From: Pirellulales bacterium
GTDB lineage: Bacteria > Planctomycetota > Planctomycetia > Pirellulales > JAICIG01
DNA length: 64,000 bases
NCBI GenBank assembly: GCA_040901675.1
Contig: JBBDYJ010000025.1
Location: forward strand, 159,943 to 223,942
Direction: 5' to 3'
Below the pieces are notes generated by a model, which was given only the letters and a program-made list of their open reading frames with translations, had not been told where the DNA came from and did not search any database. Of this stretch, positions 55,232 to 64,000 are shown in pieces. Within the stretch, counting starts at the first letter, position 1, and every line of letters starts with the position of its first letter. Position numbers and translations under genes: made by a program.

Positions 55232-56323
55232 ATGCGGTATTTGGCTTTCGTTGCCGTGGTCTTGCTGTCGGGCCTGTTGGCCGGATGCGGCACCACGCGG
55301 ATGAGCGACACCTCGCGGACAGGCACCGAGCAACTGCTGTTGTCGTCGGCCGTCGATCGGGCGATCAACAACATCAACTTCAAACCCCTGGCGGGCAAGG
55401 ACGTCTACCTCGACACGCAATACCTGGAAGGGATTGTCGACAAGAACTACGTCGTCAGCTCGCTCCGCCAGCATATGCTGGCTCACGGTTGCCATCTCAA
55501 GGCGGACCGCAAAGATGCCACGTACGTGGCGGAGGCCCGAGCCGGAGCCATTGGCACCAACCGGCACGACGTGATGCTGGGCGTGCCGGCCATCAACGTG
55601 CCGACCGCCGGCCTGTTGCCCGGCGCTCCCTCCGCAATCCCGGAGATTCCGTTTGCCAAGACCACCAACCAAAAAGGAATCGCCAAGATCGCCGTGTTCG
55701 CCTACAACCAGGAAACCGACCAGCCTGTCTGGCAGTCAGGCGTCTTCCCGGTCGTCAGCGATGCCAAGGATACCTGGCTGCTGGGCGCGGGCCCCTTCCA
55801 GAGAGGTTCGATCTACGAGGGAACCCGCTTCGCGGGCAACCGCATGATCTTTTCCAAGCCCAAGCGGAGCGAGCCAGCGCCCGCCCCCTCCGTACCAGTC
55901 ACCGCCGAGGCCGTCTTCGAGGAACGCCCCGTCGTAGCACGGGCCCCCAACGGCGACCTCTCGCAAACTCCCAATCCCATCACGGGCGTCGAACAGGCCC
56001 AGGCCATCGAGCCTCAACCTGCCGCGGAGTTGGAAACAGACCATCATGCAGGCGGCCCTGGATCCGGCGGCCCAGCCGACATGGTGCCGCACGGCCGCAT
56101 CGTACGTCTTCCGCCTACCGAACACGTGCCGGCCGACTCCGACGCGATCGCGCCACACGACCCGCTCAGCGCGCCGGAGGGCGTGTCCGAGGCAGACCCG
56201 CGGGCGACCGATGGGCCTGGCGAAACCCCAGGATCGTCAGCCTTCAGTTTGTTCAAGCCGCGGACCTGGTTTCGCACCCAACCGCCGGAGCCGGACGTCG
56301 AAATCAGCGACTACGGCTTGTAA
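55232..56323 (+). CDS. Lipoprotein (DUF6655/MafA-like N-terminal domain)
   Basis: LLAGC lipobox, RTGTEQLLLSSAVDRA motif, disordered tail. Confidence 0.75.
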   Translation: MRYLAFVAVVLLSGLLAGCGTTRMSDTSRTGTEQLLLSSAVDRAINNINFKPLAGKDVYLDTQYLEGIVDKNYVVSSLRQHMLAHGCHLKADRKDATYVAEARAGAIGTNRHDVMLGVPAINVPTAGLLPGAPSAIPEIPFAKTTNQKGIAKIAVFAYNQETDQPVWQSGVFPVVSDAKDTWLLGAGPFQRGSIYEGTRFAGNRMIFSKPKRSEPAPAPSVPVTAEAVFEERPVVARAPNGDLSQTPNPITGVEQAQAIEPQPAAELETDHHAGGPGSGGPADMVPHGRIVRLPPTEHVPADSDAIAPHDPLSAPEGVSEADPRATDGPGETPGSSAFSLFKPRTWFRTQPPEPDVEISDYGL

Positions 56324-56343
56324 CAAACGGCGTAAGGCTGGCC

Positions 56344-56484
56344 GTAGCTGAATTCGCCAGAATTCAGGCGTCGCGTGCGTATGCGGCCAGAACTCTGGCG
56401 AGTTCTGCTACCCGTAGAACGGAATTCATTCCGGTTCTCGTCGCGTAGTGGCAACGTGGCCAGAACTCTGGCGAGTTCTGCTAC
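56344..56484. repeat. GTAG-type REP cluster between convergent genes
   Basis: Two GGCCAGAACTCTGGCGAGTTCTGCTAC copies, one inverted variant and one GTAGAACGG copy. Confidence 0.85.
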
Positions 56485-57659
56485 TAGCGGCGCGTCCGCT
56501 CGAATGCCAGCGGCTGCTCGGAGTTGGGGTCCTTGATTCGAATCGAGACTTTGCCGGCCAGCAGGTCGTCGAGCAAATGCCCGACCACCTCGGCCCTCCA
56601 TCCCCGCGCCAGGCTGGGCACCTCCTGGTCTGCTCCCCGCTGGCCAAGCTGATGCTCGATGAGGTCCCGCACGTCGGTGGCAGTTCCCACCAGGCTGGAC
56701 GCGACTTGGGCGTCGCGGCAGATGCTGCTCAGCGCCGACGAGAGAAACTGCCCCAACATGTTCAACTGCGGGCTCGATTCGCGGCGCGGAACCTGGGGAC
56801 AGGCCGCCTCCGGCAGTTCCAGCCCCTTGGCAATGGCAGCCGAAAGAGCCGGCACGGCGCGTTGCAGGTCGCCTCGCTCCAGGCCGCGGACGGCCCGGAT
56901 TTGCTTGGCGTCGGCGCTGCGCCGCTTGGCCAGCTCGACGATCAGGTCGTCTCGCAGCACCCGCCGCACCGGCCAGTCGCGCCGCTGCGCCTCCTGCTCG
57001 CGCCATAACCACAGCTCGCGCACAATGGCCTGGCTGCGGGCGGGCAGGTTGGCGCTGCCCGACACTTTACGCCAGCGCTCGCGGCCCCGGCTGACGGTCA
57101 CCTCGCTCTCGAACTGCGACATCTCATCGGCGAACCATCCCGTCCGCCGCAGTTCTTCCAATCTGCGGCCCAAGCGGAGCCGCAGTTCGGCCAGGTGCCG
57201 CACGTCTTCCAACGCGTAGTCGATCTGCCGCTCGGTCAGGGGCCGCCGCCGCCAATCGGTTCGCGTTTCACCTTTGCGCGGGGTCTGGCCGAGCAGCCTG
57301 TAGATCAGCGATCCATATCCGGATGGGTAATCGAGTCCCACCAGGCCGGCCGCCAACTGCACGTCGAACAGCGCGCGGGGGGGCTGCGCGACGGCCTCCA
57401 GGCAAAACAGCAGCTCCTCCCGCCCGGCGTGCACGATCGTCTCGTGGCCGGGGGCGGCCAGCGCCTCCCAGAAGGGTCTCATGTCCTCGGCGGCCAAGGG
57501 GTCGATCACCACCAGCCGGTCCCCGGCGGCCACCTGAACCAGGCACAGTTGGGGCCGGTACGAGTGCTCTGAAACGAACTCGGTATCGAAGGCGATGACC
57601 GGGACCTGGGCAAGTCCGCGGCAGAACTCGACCAGGTCGTGCTGCGAAGTGATGATCAA
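56484..57659 (-). CDS. rnd: Ribonuclease D
   Basis: Motifs AFDTEF, LCLVQV, HAG, FDVQLAA, DWRRRPLT..QI.YA..DV; HRDC domain. Confidence 0.95.
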   Translation of the reverse strand: MIITSQHDLVEFCRGLAQVPVIAFDTEFVSEHSYRPQLCLVQVAAGDRLVVIDPLAAEDMRPFWEALAAPGHETIVHAGREELLFCLEAVAQPPRALFDVQLAAGLVGLDYPSGYGSLIYRLLGQTPRKGETRTDWRRRPLTERQIDYALEDVRHLAELRLRLGRRLEELRRTGWFADEMSQFESEVTVSRGRERWRKVSGSANLPARSQAIVRELWLWREQEAQRRDWPVRRVLRDDLIVELAKRRSADAKQIRAVRGLERGDLQRAVPALSAAIAKGLELPEAACPQVPRRESSPQLNMLGQFLSSALSSICRDAQVASSLVGTATDVRDLIEHQLGQRGADQEVPSLARGWRAEVVGHLLDDLLAGKVSIRIKDPNSEQPLAFERTRR

Positions 57660-57687
57660 GAAGATGCCGATGCCAAAAATGGGTGAT

Positions 57688-59316
57688 CTAAAAGAACAGG
57701 TACGTCACCAAAGCAAAGATCGGCACCAGCACGGCACCGCTGTAGACCATGTAACCGAAAAAGCTCGGCATCCGAACGCCCGATTTCTCGGCGATCGTCT
57801 TGACCATGAAATTCGGTCCGTTGCCGATGTAGGTGTTGGCCCCCATGAAGACCGCGCCCAGGCTCACCGCCGCCAGCAGCCGGTCGGGCAGGCCCAGGTG
57901 CGGCATCGAAGTATAGCCCTCGGCCCCCAAGGCTCGACCCGTCTCGAGAAACACCAGGTACGTGGGGGCGTTGTCGAGCACCGACGAAAGCGCCCCGGTA
58001 ATCCAGAAAAACTCGGCCGGCGTATCGATGCCCAACTGCGAGCCTTGCACGCCCAGGATCTGCAAGGCCGGCTGCATGCAAATGAAAATGCCCGTGAACA
58101 AGGCCGCCACCTCGATGATCGCGCCATAGTTGAATCGATTCGCCTGGCGAACGCCTGGGTCGCCCAGCGCCAACGAACATGCCACCAGCCCCAACAGTAC
58201 GGCTTCCCGCAGGTAGAGCCAGGGGTGCCAATCGGTGGCCGGCAACGTCTTGGTGGTGTCCAAGAGCCCCACGGCCATCACGACCCCGGCCAGCAGCAGG
58301 GTATTCGGCCACAGGCCGCCGAATTGCATCCGCCGCACCCGCGTTTCGTCGCGCAGCACGTCCTGCACTGTTTCGCGAGGATAACTGACCAGGCTGTCCC
58401 AGGCAAAGTAAACGGCCAGCAGCAGGGCGTTGACTAGCAGCCACTGTGGCCAGAGCGAGAGCGTCCAAAGAAAATCGACGCCCTGCAAGTAGCCGAGGAA
58501 CAGGGGCGGATCGCCCAGCGGCAGCAGGCAGCCGCCGCAGTTGCAGACCACGAAGATGAAGAACACCACGGTGTGGCTGACGTGCTTGCGCTCGCTGTTG
58601 GTTTCCAAGAGCGGCCGTACCAGCAGCATCGCCGCGCCGGTGGTGCCAATGAAGCTGGCCAGCAAGCCTCCGACCGTGATGAAGGCCGTGTTGGTCAGCG
58701 GATGCGCCGGCAAGTCGCCCTGGATCCGGATTCCGCCGCTGATGGTGTACAAGCTGAACAACAAGATGATGAACGGCACGAAGTCCTGCAGGATGGCGTT
58801 TGCCAGCACGGCCGCGGGCAACTCCCACGACACGTCGCCTGCCGGATGGACCAAAGCATGCCCCAGGAAGTGCCGTTCGACCGGGTGCGGATGAGCCACC
58901 GCATAGTACGTCAGCGTCGCCAGTCCCAGCCCGGCGGCAACCAGGAACTTGTGCAGGTTGCTCTCCCACCAGTGCTCGCTGACGTGCAGCAGGGGCAGCA
59001 AGGCGATGGCGCCCAGCAGCAGGACAAAAGGGGCCACCGTCCAGTAAGCGGGCGCCGCGCGCGGCTGCGCTCGATGCGATTCGTTCGGCCGTCGCGGCGG
59101 CTTGGCCTCGCTGTGTGCTGCGGCGCCGTGACCGGGGCGGGTGTCTGCCTTCGCCTCGCCTGCGTCGCCTGCGTGAGCGGCCGCCAGGATCCGGCTGGTT
59201 GCGTGTTGCGGCCAGCCGGCCGCGGCCGCCACGGCGTAGACGATGAGAATCGCCAGCAGGGCAAAGACTACCGGCCGGTTTGGATTGGTCTGCCCGGAGG
59301 GCTCGTCAAGCGACAT
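57688..59316 (-). CDS. Putative Na+/H+ antiporter (ion transporter superfamily)
   Basis: More than 12 TM segments; motifs IGTTGAAMLL, PLGDPPLFLG, LDNAPTY and TYIGNGPNFMVK. Confidence 0.88.
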   Translation of the reverse strand: MSLDEPSGQTNPNRPVVFALLAILIVYAVAAAAGWPQHATSRILAAAHAGDAGEAKADTRPGHGAAAHSEAKPPRRPNESHRAQPRAAPAYWTVAPFVLLLGAIALLPLLHVSEHWWESNLHKFLVAAGLGLATLTYYAVAHPHPVERHFLGHALVHPAGDVSWELPAAVLANAILQDFVPFIILLFSLYTISGGIRIQGDLPAHPLTNTAFITVGGLLASFIGTTGAAMLLVRPLLETNSERKHVSHTVVFFIFVVCNCGGCLLPLGDPPLFLGYLQGVDFLWTLSLWPQWLLVNALLLAVYFAWDSLVSYPRETVQDVLRDETRVRRMQFGGLWPNTLLLAGVVMAVGLLDTTKTLPATDWHPWLYLREAVLLGLVACSLALGDPGVRQANRFNYGAIIEVAALFTGIFICMQPALQILGVQGSQLGIDTPAEFFWITGALSSVLDNAPTYLVFLETGRALGAEGYTSMPHLGLPDRLLAAVSLGAVFMGANTYIGNGPNFMVKTIAEKSGVRMPSFFGYMVYSGAVLVPIFALVTYLFF

Positions 59317-59463
59317 GCCGATGGAATGGAACCCACGTGTGAGGCGAGCGGAAACCCTAGGTTATACACGATTCGCGGCCGGCGCGAACTGGCATACCGG
59401 CCCCGCACGACCCGTGGACCGCCCCTCACGGCGCCGCCTCGATTCTGCTACCATCGGAACCGG

Positions 59464-60009
59464 ATGGAAACCTGGCTGCGATCCAACACGCGCATCATGT
59501 GGCTCGGCACTTTGCCTGCGGCCGGTGGCACGCTGGCAGGGCTGCTGCTGGTTTGGAATGCCGGCCCCTCGGCTTTGGGGTGGCTGGCTCGGATCGCGGG
59601 CGGATTGCTCCTGGTCATCTCGCTCGGCGGGCTGGCGTGGCTCGTGCGCCAGTTGCTCCGCCCGCGGCTGGCCTACGAAGCGGGTCACCTGCTGGTCTAT
59701 TTGCGGCCCCAGCCCCTGAAAGTGCCGATCGAGCTGGTCGAGGGTTTTTTGCTCGGTCAGGGGCCAAGCTTCCTGCCGGGCAAGCGGCACCGGCTGACCG
59801 AAACCTCGACGCTGGTGATTCGGCTCGCCGAGCGAGCCGGCGAGTGGGCCCGGATCGACGTCCCGCCCGCCATGGGAAGCTGGTGCAATCACTACGTGAC
59901 CATCCGCGGCACCTGGTGCGAGCCACTGAGCGTCGAGTTGGCCGCCCGGCTTAACGCCCGGCTGGCAGGTGTCCAGCAGCAACTCGACCGCCGGGCGATC
60001 AGCGCATGA
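59464..60009 (+). CDS. Hypothetical membrane protein
   Basis: METWLRSN start and two TM segments; ATGA overlap with mfnB. Confidence 0.75.
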   Translation: METWLRSNTRIMWLGTLPAAGGTLAGLLLVWNAGPSALGWLARIAGGLLLVISLGGLAWLVRQLLRPRLAYEAGHLLVYLRPQPLKVPIELVEGFLLGQGPSFLPGKRHRLTETSTLVIRLAERAGEWARIDVPPAMGSWCNHYVTIRGTWCEPLSVELAARLNARLAGVQQQLDRRAISA

Positions 60010-60719
60010 CCAAACTGCTCGTCAGCGTTCGCTCGCTCGCCGAAGCACGCCTGGCCCTGGCCGCCGGCGTCGATTTGATCGACCTCAAGGAGCCGGCGCG
60101 CGGCTCGCTGGGCGCCCTCGACCCGGCCGTGGCGCGGCAAATCGTGCGCTCGCTCCGCGGGCGCGTCCCGCTCAGTGTGGCACTGGGCGAGCTGCTCGAG
60201 CTGCGCTCGCGCAGCCTCCGGCTGCCGGCGGGCGTCTCCTTCGCCAAGCTTGGCCTGGCCGGCTGTGCAAGCGCCGCAGATTGGCCTCGTGCCTGGCAAA
60301 GGGCCATCGAACGGCTTGGGCCGCAAGTGACACCCGTGGCGGTCATCTATGCCGATTGGCCGCGCGTGGCGGCCCCGGATCCGCAGCAGGTGTTCGACCA
60401 TGCCGTGCGGCTGCGGGCCGGCGCGCTGTTGATCGACACGTGCCTGAAGTCAGGCGACGACCTGCTCGTGCACGCCGGGCCCGGGCAATTGCAAGCCTGG
60501 ATCGAGGCGGCACGGCGGCAGTCGATGCCCAGCGTGGTCGCCGGCTCGTTGTCGGCCGCAACGATCCGGCGGCTGTTGCCTCTTGGCCCCGATTATATCG
60601 CGGTGCGGGGGGCGGCCTGCCGCGGGTCGCGGGCGGGGCCGCTCGACGGCCGGCGGCTGGAGTGCCTCGTCGACCTGGTGCGCGGGCCCCGCCGGGCGGC
60701 AGCCGAGCGATTTGCTTGA
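60006..60719 (+). CDS. mfnB: (5-formylfuran-3-yl)methyl phosphate synthase family (MfnB/UPF0264)
   Basis: Motifs LLVSVRS..EA..A..G.DLIDLKEP.RGSLGA, LIDT..K, AGSL and PDYIAVRGAAC. Confidence 0.9.
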   Translation: MTKLLVSVRSLAEARLALAAGVDLIDLKEPARGSLGALDPAVARQIVRSLRGRVPLSVALGELLELRSRSLRLPAGVSFAKLGLAGCASAADWPRAWQRAIERLGPQVTPVAVIYADWPRVAAPDPQQVFDHAVRLRAGALLIDTCLKSGDDLLVHAGPGQLQAWIEAARRQSMPSVVAGSLSAATIRRLLPLGPDYIAVRGAACRGSRAGPLDGRRLECLVDLVRGPRRAAAERFA

Positions 60720-60776
60720 CATTTTCGATTCTCGGCCAAATACTCGACTGCATCGACTTGCCACAGGAGGAGTGCC

Positions 60777-60983
60777 GTGCCCAGCTCGGTGTTAGAAGCC
60801 ATCAAGATGGGGTTGTGGGACTTCGAGCCCCACGAAGCTCGCAGCCACGAATACGATTCGACCGAGGCGCTGCCCGGTTCGCGCGAAAAGCTCGACGTGC
60901 TGGCCGAGCGCGTCAGGCGGGGATTGCCGCTTTGGCATCAACGCGACCGCCGCGACTGCGAGGATATGGACGATCTCCACTAG
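60777..60983 (+). CDS. Small hypothetical protein
   Basis: AGGAGGAG RBS; TEALPGSREKLDVLAER...GLPLWH motif. Confidence 0.75.
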   Translation: MPSSVLEAIKMGLWDFEPHEARSHEYDSTEALPGSREKLDVLAERVRRGLPLWHQRDRRDCEDMDDLH

Positions 60984-61576
60984 CCCTCGCCGAACTGTCC
61001 GCGGATGCGGCCGGCGCCGCGGGCCATCCAGCGCTGATACACCGCGGTGGCAAACTCGATCATCCGCCGCCGCTGGGCTGGATCGGCCTCTGCGTACCGC
61101 TGCCGCACCTGCTCGACGAATTTCGCCGGCGCCGAGCCGACGCGATCGGCTAGTGGGGCGCCTCGGTTGGCTGCTACCAGGGGCCAGCCCATGACATGGT
61201 CGATCTCGGCGTCCAAGTAGGCGGTGCGGTCGGCCGGCGGCAGCGCGAAATAGACATCGACCTTGTCCAAGATCGAGACGTACATCAGCTCGCTGAGGTT
61301 GTCGAGAAATCGCTCCTGGTCCCTTGGCGAGAGCCTGTCGAAGTCGGCCTGCCAGTCGTAGCCTTCGCCCAGCCCCTGTTCCAGCCGCCGTGCCAACTCG
61401 AGCTTCGACGACCGCGGTTGATCGCTCAAGTCCTCCTTGGCCAGCCGCCGCCCCAGCCGGACATGGTCGATCACCTCGTCCCGGGGCAGATCCGACCGGA
61501 ATACCCGCGCCGCCGCGGCAAGCGAGATCGCCACCGCCAACACGAGCACCAGCGCCGATATCGAGTCTTTGACCAA
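60980..61576 (-). CDS. Hypothetical exported helical protein
   Basis: N-terminal hydrophobic segment followed by a helical body. Confidence 0.65.
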   Translation of the reverse strand: MVKDSISALVLVLAVAISLAAAARVFRSDLPRDEVIDHVRLGRRLAKEDLSDQPRSSKLELARRLEQGLGEGYDWQADFDRLSPRDQERFLDNLSELMYVSILDKVDVYFALPPADRTAYLDAEIDHVMGWPLVAANRGAPLADRVGSAPAKFVEQVRQRYAEADPAQRRRMIEFATAVYQRWMARGAGRIRGQFGEG

Positions 61577-61677
61577 CGACCGCGTCCTATGTTAAGTTGT
61601 CCGCTCGGCAGATGACCGGCAAAGTTGCCCCGCACGAAGCGCCCGCCCGGTCCCCCGGCGCAAACCACCGATTCTCC

Positions 61678-63873
61678 ATGAGGATGACCAGGATGCAGTT
61701 CGCCTCAATTATCGTCGTCTGTTTGCTCTGTTGCCAGGCCGAGCAGCGCCCGTCGGCCGGCACCGCGGAACAAGGCAACGATCCACAGCGCCCCTCGCCG
61801 GATGAAGCAGCCGAACAGGGCCGGGAAAAACCGGGGGAAGCGGCCCCCGCGGCGCTTCGTTGGCGCGAGCAGGCGGCGCCACTGGTCGATGTCGCTCCCA
61901 ACCGCGTCCAAGACGAGCGCGCTCGGTCAGCCGCCGAGCTGCTGGCCGCGGCCCTGGCCTCGCCCGAAGGGGCTGACTTGAAAGGCACCCCTGCCACGCT
62001 GCTGGAGCTTCTGTCGCCCCTGGCCGACCGGGGCCATCAGATCGAGGTCACCCATGCGTACTGGGAGCTGTCGGCGGCCATTGCCCAATACAAGATCGGG
62101 CTCGAAGAAGCGGGCCGGCTTGAAGAAATGAAGGGCGCGGCTTCCACGGAGCAGGACGCCGTCGATGCCGCTCAGTTGGCCGCCGAGCTGGCGGCCGCCG
62201 AAGCGCACTTGAACGAGGCGGAGCTCGGCATCGCGGCGGCCCAGCACGAGCTGGCCCAGGTCGCACGCTTGAGGGCAGGGCAGCCGTTGCCATTGCCGGT
62301 GGATGTGCCCCATGCCGGCGCCTATCGCACGTATTTTCAGGAGATTTACGCCGGCAAGGCCGCCCCTCCCCGTGCTTTTCTGATCGATCGTTCGCTACCG
62401 CTGTTGTTGCGCTCGCTGGAGGCCCGAGCAGCCGCCGTCCAAGCCTCGGTCGACGCCGCCGATGCCGCGCTGGAAGCCTGGCGCGAGGGCCGCCTGCAAT
62501 TGCCCCAGGTCCTTGCCGCCACGAGCGAACTGAGCCGCCAGCGGCGGGCGTTCATCGCCACGGCGCGGTCGTACAATCGCGACATCGCCGAATACGCATT
62601 GAGCATCGCCCCGCCGGGACTCGCGGGCCCTGAGCTGGTCGCCATGCTGATCAAGCCGTCGTCGGCCGGCGCTGCTCGCCGGCAGCCGTCGGCCGCCGAG
62701 CAACCCGGAGGCGTCGAACGAGCCGGTTTCAATCAGCCGCTGCCGGGCGATCCCTTCAACCAGCCGCGCCGCGAGCCCACCTTGGCGCCTCCGCGTGGTC
62801 CTGATTCAACCGAGGAGAATCGCCCCAGCTCGCAGAAGGAGGGCCGGATCGAGATTGGCGACCCCGCGGCCGACAGCGATACGGACGCGGACGCCGATGG
62901 CGACGAATCCCAAGATGAGCCCGCGAGCGAGTCCGATTCGGACGCGGACCCGGACCAGTCGTCCGCGAGCGCCCCGGCGCAGACCGATCAGCGATCGTCG
63001 GCAGGCCAGGGCCGTCGCGCCCTGCGCGCACCGCGCGGGACCGATCTGGCGGAAGCCGACACGCTGGGACTCTACGACGCGCTAGGCGACTTGAAGCCGG
63101 CCCGCCGCGCCCAGCAGCTCGCTTCGCTGCTCCACTGGGACCGCGACCTGCCCGGCCAGGACGCCTCGCAGCTCGATCTGGCAGCCTCTCTGTCCTGGGC
63201 CGCCGGCCTCGATCGCCGCGTGATAATCGAGTCGTACTGGCAGGCCCGCCAGCGGGCCGCCGAGTATCAGCTCGCCTCGCAGCGGGCCGAGCAGTTGGCC
63301 GGCCTTGGCGCGGCCGCGCTGCGCCATCGCCAGGTCGACGGCCCGGAGGCCATGCTGCGTCTGAGGGCGGCCCAACTGGCGAGCGAGGCCGACCGGGCGG
63401 ACGCACACGTCAGCCTGGCCGCCAGCCAGTTTGCACTGCTGGTCTCGGGCCGGCAGCCGTTGGGCGGTCCTTGGCCGTTGCCCAGCACCCCGCCGCACGC
63501 GGGCAGCTACCGGCTCAAGCTGGAGGCCCAGCCGCAAAGCCTCGTCGAGTCGCCCCCCGTCCAGCGCGCGGCGAACACCATCCCCGCCCTGCACGAACTG
63601 CTCGAGCAGCGGGCCACCACCGTTGTGGCGGCCGATCGAGCGCGGGCGCACATCACTCGGCAGTACGAGTCGTCGGGGCGCTCGCTCGACCGGGTGCTCC
63701 AAGCGATCCGGCGGCAGTCGGACGAATCGCTCGCCTTCCTTGCCGCACAAACCAGGTACAATCTCGGCATCGCCGACTATGTGCTGGCCGTGCTCTCGCC
63801 CGAAAAGCCCGCCGATGTCATACTGAAGGCCCTGGTGGTGTCCAAGCCGCCCCAGGCCGCGGGCCAACGATAG
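61678..63873 (+). CDS. Exported protein with two TolC-like helical repeats
   Basis: Duplicated YW...LP...PHAG.YR...YN..IA.Y.L units separated by an acidic linker. Start uncertain (61678-61693). Confidence 0.7.
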   Translation: MRMTRMQFASIIVVCLLCCQAEQRPSAGTAEQGNDPQRPSPDEAAEQGREKPGEAAPAALRWREQAAPLVDVAPNRVQDERARSAAELLAAALASPEGADLKGTPATLLELLSPLADRGHQIEVTHAYWELSAAIAQYKIGLEEAGRLEEMKGAASTEQDAVDAAQLAAELAAAEAHLNEAELGIAAAQHELAQVARLRAGQPLPLPVDVPHAGAYRTYFQEIYAGKAAPPRAFLIDRSLPLLLRSLEARAAAVQASVDAADAALEAWREGRLQLPQVLAATSELSRQRRAFIATARSYNRDIAEYALSIAPPGLAGPELVAMLIKPSSAGAARRQPSAAEQPGGVERAGFNQPLPGDPFNQPRREPTLAPPRGPDSTEENRPSSQKEGRIEIGDPAADSDTDADADGDESQDEPASESDSDADPDQSSASAPAQTDQRSSAGQGRRALRAPRGTDLAEADTLGLYDALGDLKPARRAQQLASLLHWDRDLPGQDASQLDLAASLSWAAGLDRRVIIESYWQARQRAAEYQLASQRAEQLAGLGAAALRHRQVDGPEAMLRLRAAQLASEADRADAHVSLAASQFALLVSGRQPLGGPWPLPSTPPHAGSYRLKLEAQPQSLVESPPVQRAANTIPALHELLEQRATTVVAADRARAHITRQYESSGRSLDRVLQAIRRQSDESLAFLAAQTRYNLGIADYVLAVLSPEKPADVILKALVVSKPPQAAGQR

Positions 63874-64000
63874 CGCCCCGATCGCTCCGGCGACGTTGAA
63901 AGCGCACCGGGGCAAGCGGATCGGCTCCGTTCTCCTCGACCCCGTTCATCCGGCATCTCGATTCATATGTCACCCCTCGCCAGTACCGTTCTGCCCCAGC

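Overview
This is a high-GC bacterial window whose gene content (DUF1501, DUF11/OmcB-like, MfnB, LEPR-type leader, HTH-REC regulator) points to a planctomycete, probably Pirellulales (inference). From left to right: (1) a minus-strand operon with an EhpF/GriC-like adenylating enzyme, a GriD/LuxC-like reductase, an Fe-alcohol dehydrogenase and a PQQ beta-propeller (1-4365). (2) A ~13 kb Rhs polymorphic-toxin locus (5545-18485) with one full-length Rhs ending in an HExxH M91-like tip, an LRR immunity candidate, a start-less orphan Rhs-CT, Rhs remnants, membrane immunity candidates and a truncated IS66. Three module junctions in this locus each carry an iterated RTCCCCTT-core motif, which is the best candidate for an undescribed system. 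(3) An SNF2 helicase and DUF1501. (4) A decaying defence island (24124-29480): AAA ATPase plus DUF4276, an HNH fused to an unknown domain, HTH and PLD-helicase remnants, and a Schlafen/AlbA-HATPase. (5) mnmG, a regulator/kinase pair and flhA-flhF-flhG-fliA. (6) Housekeeping genes (bioB, rnd, mfnB, oxidoreductases, an antiporter) interspersed with REP-like palindromes. I saw no tRNA, rRNA or CRISPR array. All family calls come from motif recognition by eye, not from database searches.
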